From Candidatus Tepidifontimicrobium thermophilum (lineage in GTDB: Bacteria; Sysuimicrobiota; Sysuimicrobiia; Sysuimicrobiales; Sysuimicrobiaceae): 64,000 nucleotides of DNA. Position numbers and translations under genes: made by a program. Location: positions 1-64,000 of the forward strand of contig JAVKHO010000013.1 in the NCBI GenBank assembly GCA_031459915.1. Reading direction: 5' to 3'. Below, piece after piece: positions 8,777 to 17,697 of this stretch (its first letter is position 1; each line of letters opens with the position of its first letter). A model generated the notes under the pieces. That model ran no database searches. It was not told the origin of the DNA and was given only the letters and a program-made list of their open reading frames with translations.

Positions 8777-9682
8777 GTGCGGCTCTCCGTGGTGATCCCG
8801 ACCTACAACCGCAGCCAGGTCCTCCGGGTGTGCCTGGCGTCCCTCGCGGCGCAGACGCTACCGCGGGAGGTGTTCGAAGTCCTGGTGGTGGACGACGGGT
8901 CCACGGACGACACCGAGGCGGTGGTGCGTGGGTTCGAGGCCACCCTGCCGGTCCGCTACCTGCGGCAGGCTTCCAACCGCGGGAGGGCAGCCGCGCGCAA
9001 CCTGGGCATCCGGGAAGCCACGGGAGAGGTGGTGGTGTTCGTGGACAGCGACGTCTTCCCGGTACCCGGCTTCCTCGCGGCACACCGGGCCATCCACCTG
9101 AAGTCCGACCGCGCGGTGGGGCGTGGGCCGCTGCTGCTCACCACGCACGTGGACGACCCGTTCCGAAAGCCGCCGTTGCTGCCCGACCCGTCGCCTTCCT
9201 TCCTCGACACCGCGAACGCCTCGGTGCGGCGCCAGCACCTGCTGGCCGCGGGAGGGTTCGACGAGGAGTTCCGCCACTACGGGTGGGAGGACGTGGACCT
9301 GGGGCTGCGGCTCCGACGCATGGGCCTGCGCCGGGTGTTCGACCGCCGCGCCCTCGCGTACCACTACCAGCCTACGGCCAGCCCTGAAAGCGTGCCGGAG
9401 CTGCTGCGCAGGGAAGAGGAGCGCGCCCGGATGGCGGTACGGCTGGTCCGCAAGCACCCGGGCCTGGCCAGCCGCTTCCTGACGCAACTGACCCCCCTGC
9501 ACAGCCTCCTGTCGTTCCTGCTGACCGCAGGGGGTGCGGTGAACGACCGCAACCTCGCCTCGGTGCTGCGCTGGGTCCGCAGCCGGCGCCTGGCCCACGT
9601 GGTCCTGCGCCTGGCCCTGAACCGGCACTACGTCAACGTGCTGTGGCGCGAATGGCTGGAGCTGTCCCGCAGGACCGCCTAG
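8777..9682 (+). CDS. Glycosyltransferase family 2
   Basis: SVVIPTYN, VDDGSTD, DSD, GGFDE, YGWED. Confidence 0.92.
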   Translation: MRLSVVIPTYNRSQVLRVCLASLAAQTLPREVFEVLVVDDGSTDDTEAVVRGFEATLPVRYLRQASNRGRAAARNLGIREATGEVVVFVDSDVFPVPGFLAAHRAIHLKSDRAVGRGPLLLTTHVDDPFRKPPLLPDPSPSFLDTANASVRRQHLLAAGGFDEEFRHYGWEDVDLGLRLRRMGLRRVFDRRALAYHYQPTASPESVPELLRREEERARMAVRLVRKHPGLASRFLTQLTPLHSLLSFLLTAGGAVNDRNLASVLRWVRSRRLAHVVLRLALNRHYVNVLWREWLELSRRTA

Positions 9683-9720
9683 GACGCCGGAACTACGGAC
9701 GGGCCGTCAGTGCTGCGGAC

Positions 9721-10884
9721 GTGCGGGCGGCCCTGGTGTACCTGACGGCGGGCCTGTTGCCGACGGGCTACGTCCTGGCTGCGGGCATTCCCCTGCTGCT
9801 GGCGTGGGTGTGGGAGAACGCGTCCGCCCGGCGCTGGCCGTGGGAGCCAAGCCCGGTGGACCGTCCCTTGCTCCTTTGGGTTGCGGTAGTAGCCGTCTCC
9901 AGCGCTCTCTCCGCGCACCGGGACCTGGCCCTGGCCAACACCGCCCTGCTGGCCCTGGGTCCGGTGGCCGCTCTGGCGCCGAGCCTGCGCACCCTGAGGG
10001 AGCGCCCGCAGGCACTTGGAACCGTGTGCGCCGCGTGGACTGCGGGCGGGGCTCTGGCGGGCGCGTGGGTGGTCTGGCGGTACCTGCACACGGGTGCAGG
10101 ACGCGGGGACCTGCCGGAGCTGGGGTGGAACGCGGCGGGCACGGTCCTGGCGGCCGCGTCCCTGGTGGCCGCGGGGCTCGCACTGCACCACTCCGCCAGC
10201 GCCGTCCCGGGCGGGCGCGGGCGGCTTCTCCTGGCCTGGACTGCGCAGCTTCCCGTGCTGGCTGGCCTGCTGGCCACCCTCAGCCGGGGAGCGTGGCTGG
10301 GCTGGGTCGTCGGGGTCCTTTGCTTTACCCTTCTCGCGGGGCCCTTCACGCGACGCGCGCGGTGGGGCGCTGTGGCTTCGCTCGCCGCCGTCCTGCTGGC
10401 GGCCTCGAGCGTCTCAGGATTGCGGGACCGTGCCCTGAGCGTCCTAGACCCGCAGCGGAACCAGGACCGCATCCTGCTGTGGAAGGCCGCCCTGCGGATG
10501 GTGGCGGACCACTCCTGGGCGGGAGTGGGATTTGGAGCGTTCGTGCGGGAGTACCCCAACTACCGCCTGCCCGGAGACCCCAACACCACACCCCCCTTCG
10601 CCCACAACCTGCCCCTGAGCCTGGCCGCGGAAACAGGCCTGCCGGGCCTGGCGGCGTTCCTGGTCTTCCTGGGTGCGGTAGTGCGGGCCGCGTCTCGCGC
10701 GGCTTTCCGCGGCCGTGCTCGGGACCGGGCCCTGCGCGCCGGGGTTGCCGCCGCCCTGGCCGCGGTGCTCGTGCAGCAGCTGGTGGACGGCACGCTACAG
10801 TCCTTCCACTTGGGCTTCGCGTTCTGGATTTTAGCCGCCGCGCTCCTCTCGCCGCGCTTTTCCCCGAGCGGAGCTCCGCCATGA
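9721..10884 (+). CDS. O-antigen ligase family (WaaL/Wzy_C) membrane protein
   Basis: Multi-TM; TLSRGAWLG, RILLWKAA, GVGFGAF, AHNLPLSLAAETG. Start uncertain (ORF open from 9643). Confidence 0.85.
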   Translation: MRAALVYLTAGLLPTGYVLAAGIPLLLAWVWENASARRWPWEPSPVDRPLLLWVAVVAVSSALSAHRDLALANTALLALGPVAALAPSLRTLRERPQALGTVCAAWTAGGALAGAWVVWRYLHTGAGRGDLPELGWNAAGTVLAAASLVAAGLALHHSASAVPGGRGRLLLAWTAQLPVLAGLLATLSRGAWLGWVVGVLCFTLLAGPFTRRARWGAVASLAAVLLAASSVSGLRDRALSVLDPQRNQDRILLWKAALRMVADHSWAGVGFGAFVREYPNYRLPGDPNTTPPFAHNLPLSLAAETGLPGLAAFLVFLGAVVRAASRAAFRGRARDRALRAGVAAALAAVLVQQLVDGTLQSFHLGFAFWILAAALLSPRFSPSGAPP

Positions 10885-11882
10885 CCCGGATCACGGTGGT
10901 GGTGCCCGCGTACAACGCCGCGGGGGTGCTGGGGAACTGCCTCCAGCACCTCGCGGAGCAGGACTACCCGAAGGAGCTGTACGAGGTGGTGGTGGTGGAC
11001 GACGGGTCCACGGACGGTACCCGGCAGGTGGTGCAGGACTGCGCCCGGCGCCTGGACCTGCCCCTGCGGTACGTCCGACAGGACAACTCAGGCCTGGCAG
11101 CGGCGCGAAACGCCGGCGCCAGGCTGGCCAGCTACCCCGTGGTGCTGTTCCTGGACCCCGACATGTGGGCGCAGCCACAGCTCCTCCGGGCCCACGCAAG
11201 GCACTACGACGGCGGCCGTGTCGCGGTCCAGGGCACGCGGCTGTTGCACCCCGCTGCGAAGGTCACCCCGTTTATGGAGACCAAGGAGCTGTTACCAGAC
11301 CTCACGCGCCGGAGGCGGGTGGGCTTGTCTCCGTACCACACCGTCATGAGCAACTTCTCCCTCCGCGCCGAGGACCTGTGGAGCGTCGGGGGGTTCGACG
11401 AGGCGTTCCGCGGCTACGGGTGGGAGGACATCGAGATGGGGTTCCGGCTGCACCGCGCGGGGGTCGAGCTGCGCTGGGAGCCGGCGGCCTTCGCCTGGCA
11501 CCACCACGTGGAGTCCCTCGAGGAACGGCTGCGCAAGCAGCGCGAGGCGGGCACGAACGCGGTGTACTTCTGGCGGAAGCACGGAAAGGACGCGCGCCTG
11601 GGGCTGTTCCTGGAGATCCACCCTGCCCTCCTGCCGTTGAAGTGGCTGGTGTACCGCACGGGCATCCTGGCCGGGCCGATGCGGGCCCTGGCGCGAGCCG
11701 CGGAGCGCCGGGTCACTAGCTCCGGCGGCCTGCGGCGCCGTTGGTGGCTGCTCCTGGCCAGCGAGGGGTACAACTTCCTCGTCCACGAAGCGTACTACGA
11801 GGGGGTGTGGCGGGCCTTGCGCGCACCCTCCCCGATGGAGTCCCCCTCTCCGGCACGCGCCCGCAACGTGGGAAGGGGCTGA
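10881..11882 (+). CDS. Glycosyltransferase family 2
   Basis: VVVPAYN, VDDGSTD, ARNAG, DPD, YGWED. Confidence 0.92.
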   Translation: MTRITVVVPAYNAAGVLGNCLQHLAEQDYPKELYEVVVVDDGSTDGTRQVVQDCARRLDLPLRYVRQDNSGLAAARNAGARLASYPVVLFLDPDMWAQPQLLRAHARHYDGGRVAVQGTRLLHPAAKVTPFMETKELLPDLTRRRRVGLSPYHTVMSNFSLRAEDLWSVGGFDEAFRGYGWEDIEMGFRLHRAGVELRWEPAAFAWHHHVESLEERLRKQREAGTNAVYFWRKHGKDARLGLFLEIHPALLPLKWLVYRTGILAGPMRALARAAERRVTSSGGLRRRWWLLLASEGYNFLVHEAYYEGVWRALRAPSPMESPSPARARNVGRG

Positions 11883-11886
11883 CGAG

Positions 11887-12861
11887 GTGGTCCGGATCAG
11901 CGTCGTCATCCCTGTGTTCAACCGGGCAGAGGTGTTGTCGGCCACCCTCGAACACCTCTGCCGCCAGGACTACCCACCCGACGCTTTCGAGGTGGTGGTG
12001 GCGGACGACGGCTCTACCGAGCCCGTCGGCCAGGTGGTGGACGGCTTTAGGTCCCGGCTCCCGGTCCGGCACGTCCGCCAGGAAAACGGCGGCCGCGCGG
12101 CAGCGTGCAATTTGGGAGCGCGCCACGCGCGGTACGAGGTGCTCCTGTTCCTCGACTGCGACATCTGGGCCGCCCCGGACACCCTCTCCCTGCACGCCCG
12201 GCACCACGAGTCCGGCGACCGGGTGGGCGTGGTCACCCTCTCCCGGCACCACCCCGGCACGCGGGTGAACCCGTTCATGGAAGTGAAGGGCCTGTTCCCG
12301 GACCTCACGCCACGCCAGCCGCAGGACCTCTCTCCCCTGCACGCCATCATGCAGTGCTTCTCCGTGCGGGCCCGCGACTTCTGGACGGTAGGCGGGTTCG
12401 ACGAAGGGTTCCGGACCTACGGGTGGGAGGACTTCGAGCTCGCGGTCCGGCTGCGGGCCAGCGGCGTCCGACTCAAGCTGGAGCCGCGGCCTCGGGTCTG
12501 GCACTACCACGTGGAGACCCTGGACTCCGCCCGTGCCAAGCAGCGGCAGGCGGGGACCGGAGCCGTGTACTTCTGGAGGCGGCACGGCTGCCCGTGGGGC
12601 CTGGGCTTCTTCCTCGAACTGCATCCCCTGCTGCTGCCCCTGAAGTGGCTGGTGTACCGGACCCCCCTGTTCGTACCGGCCTTCCGGCACCTAGTCCGGC
12701 TCGCCGAGCGCCGGCTGGAGGCTGCGCGGGGATGGCGCCGCCGTGCGTGGCTTTTGGTGGCACACGAGTGCTACGTGGAACTGCTCTGGCACGCATACTA
12801 CGAAGGGGTGTGGGAGGCCCTACGCGCGGGTCGGCCGGTCCCCGCGCAGGCCCGGAGTTAG
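11887..12861 (+). CDS. Glycosyltransferase family 2 (paralog of the preceding gene)
   Basis: SVVIPVFN, DDGS, DCD, YGWED; shares LE(I/L)HPxLLPLKWLVYRT with the neighbour. Confidence 0.92.
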   Translation: MVRISVVIPVFNRAEVLSATLEHLCRQDYPPDAFEVVVADDGSTEPVGQVVDGFRSRLPVRHVRQENGGRAAACNLGARHARYEVLLFLDCDIWAAPDTLSLHARHHESGDRVGVVTLSRHHPGTRVNPFMEVKGLFPDLTPRQPQDLSPLHAIMQCFSVRARDFWTVGGFDEGFRTYGWEDFELAVRLRASGVRLKLEPRPRVWHYHVETLDSARAKQRQAGTGAVYFWRRHGCPWGLGFFLELHPLLLPLKWLVYRTPLFVPAFRHLVRLAERRLEAARGWRRRAWLLVAHECYVELLWHAYYEGVWEALRAGRPVPAQARS

Positions 12862-12865
12862 CGCC

Positions 12866-14023
12866 GTGCGGGTGCTCCTGGTGTCCAACGGCTACGGCGA
12901 GGACCTCATGGGCGCGGTCCTGGGGCGCACCTTGCGGGAGCGCGGGGCAGAGGTGGCCGCCTATCCGCTGGTGGGGACCGGGCACCCGTATCAGTTGGAA
13001 GGGATCGAGACGCTGGACCCGCGCCGGACGCTCCCCACCGCGGGCTTCGGCTTCCGGACCGGCCTGCGGGCCGCGTGGAAGGACCTGCGGGCCGGCTGGC
13101 TGTCCCTGTCGTGGGCCCAGCGGAAGACCCTCCTGGCGCAGCGCGGCCGGCACGACGCCGTGGTGGCCGTGGGGGACGTGTTCTGCCTGTGGATGGCTGC
13201 TGCCGCGGACCCAGGCGGGGTGGTCTACGTACCCACCGCCAAGTCGGAGTACAACGACCCCCACCGCCCCTTCGAGCTGGCCCTGGTCCGCAGGCTGGCG
13301 CGGGTTTCGTTCCCCAGGGACGAGGTCACCGCCCGGCGTTTCCGCGCCGCCGGGCTCCCCGCGGAGTACGTGGGCAACCTCATGATGGACTGCCTGCAGT
13401 TCCGCGGGGAGAGCTTCGGAATCCCGGAAGGAGCGCCCGTGGTGCTGCTCCTGCCGGGCAGCCGGGCTGACGCGCCCGCGAACTTCGCGTCCCTCTGCCA
13501 GGTGGCACGGACGGTGGCGTCCAGGCGGCCGGAGGTGCACTTCCTGGTGGCGGTCTCGCCCACCGCCGACCCCGTAGCCCTGGCCCGGGCCTGTGGAGCC
13601 GACCTCGTAGCAGACTGGATTGTACTGAGAGAAGTCCGCGTCCGGTGGACCCGCAACTTCGCGGACGCGCTGGCCCTCGCGTGGGTGGTGGTGGGGATGG
13701 CAGGGACCGCTCACGAGCAGGCCGCAGGGCTCGGAAAGCCGGTGGTGGCCTATCCCGCCCCCGGCGGGGTGCAGTTCACCCCCAAGTTCCTCCGCATGCA
13801 GGCGAGGCTGCTGGCTCACGCTCTGGTGGCCGTCTCCGGGCCGGAGGAGGCGTCCGGGTGGGTGGTACGGATGCTGGAGGACCCCGAAGAGCGCCACCGC
13901 CGCGGGCGAGCGGGACAGGAGCGCATGGGGCCGCCGGGCGCCGCCCCCGCCGTGGCGGACCGTATCCTGACCCTCTGCGGTCCGCCTCCGGTAGGAGCCA
14001 CCCGGTCCACCGTCCAACTGTAA
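12866..14023 (+). CDS. Lipid-A-disaccharide synthase-related protein
   Basis: SNGYGED, TAKSEY, GNLMMD, LLPGSR, GMAGTAHEQAAGLGKP, resembling the cyanobacterial LpxB-related family. Confidence 0.8.
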   Translation: MRVLLVSNGYGEDLMGAVLGRTLRERGAEVAAYPLVGTGHPYQLEGIETLDPRRTLPTAGFGFRTGLRAAWKDLRAGWLSLSWAQRKTLLAQRGRHDAVVAVGDVFCLWMAAAADPGGVVYVPTAKSEYNDPHRPFELALVRRLARVSFPRDEVTARRFRAAGLPAEYVGNLMMDCLQFRGESFGIPEGAPVVLLLPGSRADAPANFASLCQVARTVASRRPEVHFLVAVSPTADPVALARACGADLVADWIVLREVRVRWTRNFADALALAWVVVGMAGTAHEQAAGLGKPVVAYPAPGGVQFTPKFLRMQARLLAHALVAVSGPEEASGWVVRMLEDPEERHRRGRAGQERMGPPGAAPAVADRILTLCGPPPVGATRSTVQL

Positions 14024-14051
14024 CGAGCAGTCCAGGCCTTGGGGGTGGGCC

Positions 14052-14459
14052 GTGGCGCAGGACCTTCGGCCGGTGCCGGACGGGCGGTTCCCCGGTGACG
14101 CCCTGGACTCCCTCCTGTGGAACTACGCGGAGTTCGACACCCCGGAAGAGGTGGACGCCCTGTTCCGCGCCCAGCGACGGCTCAGCATAAGCCACGCGTT
14201 GCTGTTCTTCGCGGGGACCCTGTTGCTGCCGGTAGTCCAGGCGGTGTGGCCTGCGTGGACGACCAGCCCCGTCTGGGGCGGCCTTACTCCCGCTTTCATC
14301 GCGGCCACGGTGCTGTACCCCCTGTTCTGCCTCGTGCTCGCGGCTTCCTACACCATGCGCGCGAACCGCCTGGACGAGGACCTCCTGGGCCGGACCCTGT
14401 GGCGGGAGGAGTCGTGGGAGCCGCCGGTCTGGACGTCCCCGCGTGGGGAAGGGGGCTAG
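14052..14459 (+). CDS. Small 2-TM membrane protein, DUF485-like symporter partner
   Basis: Two hydrophobic helices, Y..RANRLD ending, immediately upstream of an SLC5 symporter. Confidence 0.7.
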   Translation: MAQDLRPVPDGRFPGDALDSLLWNYAEFDTPEEVDALFRAQRRLSISHALLFFAGTLLLPVVQAVWPAWTTSPVWGGLTPAFIAATVLYPLFCLVLAASYTMRANRLDEDLLGRTLWREESWEPPVWTSPRGEGG

Positions 14460-14462
14460 ACG

Positions 14463-16283
14463 GTGGCCACCACGGCCCTGGTCACCACCCTGCTGGTCCT
14501 GGCCAGCGCGCTGCTGGCGTCCTGGCTGGTCCGCAGGCAGACCAGTACCAAGGTGGAGTTCTACCTCGCGGGCCGGACCGTGAGCGCGTTCCTGAACGCC
14601 TCCGCGGTCTGCGGCGACTACTTCAGCGCGGCGTCCTTCCTCGGGGTCGCGGGCGCCGTCTACGCCTCGGGCCTGGACGGGATCTGGTTCGGGGTGGGCT
14701 TCGCGGGCGGGTTCGTACCCCTGCTGCTCTTCACCGCCTCTCCCCTGCGGCGGTTCGGCGAGTACACCCTGCCCGACTACTTCGCCGCGCGGTTCGAGTC
14801 CAGCGGGGTCCGGCTGGTGGCGGTGGCTCTGGTGCAGCTCATCGTCCTGTTCTACCTGGCCCCGCAGATGGTGGGAGCCGGTACCGTCTGGGAGCTCCTG
14901 GTGGGTCAGGGGATGTTGGGCCTGAGCCCGTACGCCACCGGCGTGGTCCTCACTGCGGTGGCGATGACCGTGTTCAGCACCCTCGGCGGCATGCGGGGGA
15001 TGACGTGGAACCAGGCCCTGCAGTTCTGGATCATGACCTCGGCCATGGCTCTCGTGGTCGCCTTCGCGTTCGCCGCGGGATTCAGCTACACGCGCGCCCT
15101 CCGCGACCTGAGCGCCGGGCCGCTCGTGAACCCCGAGCGCTGGCGTGTGGCGGACCTGCTGCGTCCCGACGCCTCCGGACAGGCTCCCGCGGACCGGGCG
15201 AGGTCGGTGATGAGCGAATCCTACTGGAAGCAGCACGTGGAACCCCGACTGACCGACCCCCGGGCGGAGGTGGTGGTGCTCATGCCGCAGCAGAGCAAGC
15301 TGCGGCCCGGGCCCGCGGTGTACAACCAGCCCGGCCACCTGTACTCTCCGGCCGACCACGCCTCGCTCCTGTTGACCCTGGTGCTGGGGACCGCGGGCCT
15401 GCCGCACGTGGTCATGCGCTTCTACACGAACCCCACCGGTCCCCTGGCCCGGCGGAGCACGGTGTACGTGGTCCTGCTGACCAGCGTGTTCTACTGGCTC
15501 GCCACCACCGCGGGGATCGCGGGCCGTGCCCTCACCCCGCTCACGGCGCACGGGACTGGGGCGCCGCTGCCCGTGCACGTGGTGGAAGGCCTGCTGGCGC
15601 ACCCCGACCAGGTTCTCCCGTTCCTCGCCCAGACCCTGGGCGGCGACCTCCTGCTGGGGTACGTGGCCGCCGGCGCGTTCGCGGCCATGTTCTCCACCAT
15701 CGGGGGGCTGCTGCTGGCCTCCGCGGCCTCCTGGGGCCACGACGTGTTCGAGCAGTTCCTGCGTCCGGACGCGCCGGAGAGGGTGCGGGTCCTGGTCGCC
15801 AAACTGGCCCTGGTCCTGATGGCCGCAGTCGCCATGGTCGTCGGGCTGACCTTTCCGCGGGTGGAGTTTTTCCGCGCCTTTCCCGCGGTGATCGCCCTCA
15901 TGGTGAGCTGGGCGTTTGCCGTCTCCGCCAGCGGCCTCGTGCCCGTGTTGCTGGTCAGCCTCTGGTGGAAGGGGACCACCCTGCGGGGCGCGCTGGCCGG
16001 CATGCTGGTGGGCGGAGGGACGTGCCTGGTGCTCCTGGCCAACAGCTTCCTGCGGGTCGTGGAGGCGTATCCCTCGTGGCTGACAGGGCTCCCCGCGGGC
16101 CCGGCGCTCCCCACCCTCCTCAGCGCCCCGCTGGCCTTCCTCTCGGTGCTGGCCGTCTCGTGGCTGGACCGCCGCAACGTCCCACCCCACGTGGACGAGG
16201 TGTGGCTGCGGCTGCACGGGACCGCCCGCGAGCGTCAGGAGCGGCTTTTGGAGCGGGTGGTGGCGCGGGCCCGCCTGGCGTGA
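14463..16283 (+). CDS. Sodium/solute (cation:acetate-like) symporter, SLC5/ActP family
   Basis: FYLAGR, GDYFSAASFLG, YTLPDY, GGMRGMTW, GTAGLPHV. Confidence 0.9.
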   Translation: MATTALVTTLLVLASALLASWLVRRQTSTKVEFYLAGRTVSAFLNASAVCGDYFSAASFLGVAGAVYASGLDGIWFGVGFAGGFVPLLLFTASPLRRFGEYTLPDYFAARFESSGVRLVAVALVQLIVLFYLAPQMVGAGTVWELLVGQGMLGLSPYATGVVLTAVAMTVFSTLGGMRGMTWNQALQFWIMTSAMALVVAFAFAAGFSYTRALRDLSAGPLVNPERWRVADLLRPDASGQAPADRARSVMSESYWKQHVEPRLTDPRAEVVVLMPQQSKLRPGPAVYNQPGHLYSPADHASLLLTLVLGTAGLPHVVMRFYTNPTGPLARRSTVYVVLLTSVFYWLATTAGIAGRALTPLTAHGTGAPLPVHVVEGLLAHPDQVLPFLAQTLGGDLLLGYVAAGAFAAMFSTIGGLLLASAASWGHDVFEQFLRPDAPERVRVLVAKLALVLMAAVAMVVGLTFPRVEFFRAFPAVIALMVSWAFAVSASGLVPVLLVSLWWKGTTLRGALAGMLVGGGTCLVLLANSFLRVVEAYPSWLTGLPAGPALPTLLSAPLAFLSVLAVSWLDRRNVPPHVDEVWLRLHGTARERQERLLERVVARARLA

Positions 16284-16334
16284 CCGCCGCGTCCGTGCGC
16301 AGGCGCCGGCCGCCGGCGCCCGGGCGAGGTTGCG

Positions 16335-17063
16335 TCACTCTTCCCGGAGCCCCAGGGACCGCCGGACTGCCGGCGCGAGTCCCCTGCTCACGGGGATCTC
16401 CGTACGCTGGGCGTCGTCCACCACCAGGCTGATGTTGCCCTTGAAGTACGGGACGACCTCCCGGACCTTCGCCAGGTTGACCAGAAAGCGGCGGTGCACC
16501 CGCATGAACCCGTGCGGCCGCAGCCGCGCCTCCAGCTCCCGCAGGGTGAACCGGCAGCCCAGCCGGTCCCGGTGCAGCTTCAGGTACACCTGCTCCGCCT
16601 CCGCGTACGCGAACACGACCTCCTCCGGGGCCACCAGGACCGTGACGTCGTCCCGGTACGCGGGGATCCGGGGCGGGGAGGGAGCCCGGTCCGGCTCCCG
16701 GCTCAGGCCGCCCCGGGCACCCAGGCGCTCCAGCACGTTGGCCAGGCGCTCCTCGTCGAAGGGCTTCAGGAGGTAACCCACTGCGCCCACGTCGAAGGCC
16801 TCCACCGCGTACTGGGGGTAGGCGGTGGTGAACACCACCCGGGGACCTCCGGACCGCGCGAGCTCCCGCGCCAGCTCCAGGCCGCTGCGGCCGGGCATCT
16901 CGATGTCCAGGAACACCACGTCGTAGGGGACGGCAGCGATCAGCTTCCGCGCCTCGTCCGCGGTGGCCGCCTCCCCCACGATCTCCACATCCGGGAACTG
17001 GGAGAGCTGCGCCCGCAGCTCCTTGCGGGCCGGGTACTCGTCGTCCACGATGAGGACCCTCAC
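16335..17063 (-). CDS. LytTR-family response regulator
   Basis: IVDDE, VFLDIEMP, YLLKPF receiver domain; FMRVHRRFLVN and IPVSR LytTR domain. Confidence 0.95.
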   Translation of the reverse strand: MRVLIVDDEYPARKELRAQLSQFPDVEIVGEAATADEARKLIAAVPYDVVFLDIEMPGRSGLELARELARSGGPRVVFTTAYPQYAVEAFDVGAVGYLLKPFDEERLANVLERLGARGGLSREPDRAPSPPRIPAYRDDVTVLVAPEEVVFAYAEAEQVYLKLHRDRLGCRFTLRELEARLRPHGFMRVHRRFLVNLAKVREVVPYFKGNISLVVDDAQRTEIPVSRGLAPAVRRSLGLREE

Positions 17064-17680
17064 CGCACCCCTCCCCACCGCAGCAACTCCTCCACCGTCC
17101 GCACGCCCAGACGCTCCACCAGGGCCACGAACAGCTCCGCGGTGGCCACCGCGTCGCTGGCCGCGTCGTGGCGGGGGTACGCGGGGAGTCCCAGATACGC
17201 TCGCGCCCTGCCCAGCTCCAGGGGCACCGACCCTGCAGTCAGCCAGCGGACCCGGCGCTCCAGGGACTGCAGCAGCCGGACGGTGTCCACCACGGGGACC
17301 CGCGGCCAGCTCATCCCGTGCACGCGGTAGGCCCGCTGCAGCACGGGGAGCTCCACCTGGCTCCCGTGCACCACGAGCACCCCCTCCCGCAGGAAACCGT
17401 CCAGCCGGCGAAGGACCTCCTCGAGCCGCGGTGCGTCCTCCACCTCCTGCGGGAGCAGGTGGTGCGCTTCCGCTCCCCCCCACACCGCACCCCTCCCCGG
17501 CCTCACCCGGGTCTTGTACAGCTGGCCGCACCGCACCACCCCGTCGCGCACCGGCACCGCCGCGGCGGCCACGATCCGGGCAGAGCGCGGGTCGAGCCCC
17601 GTGGTCTCGAGATCCACGCACCAGTACACGGCCTCCTGCCACGGGACCCGCAGCAGAGTTCTCGCCGCCACGATGCGCAT
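17060..17680 (-). CDS. DEDDh 3'-5' exonuclease (DnaQ-like)
   Basis: VDLETTG (ExoI) and HDAASDA (ExoIII); atypical ExoII region HGSQVE. Confidence 0.85.
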   Translation of the reverse strand: MRIVAARTLLRVPWQEAVYWCVDLETTGLDPRSARIVAAAAVPVRDGVVRCGQLYKTRVRPGRGAVWGGAEAHHLLPQEVEDAPRLEEVLRRLDGFLREGVLVVHGSQVELPVLQRAYRVHGMSWPRVPVVDTVRLLQSLERRVRWLTAGSVPLELGRARAYLGLPAYPRHDAASDAVATAELFVALVERLGVRTVEELLRWGGVR

Positions 17681-17697
17681 TGCCCGCACCCTAACTC

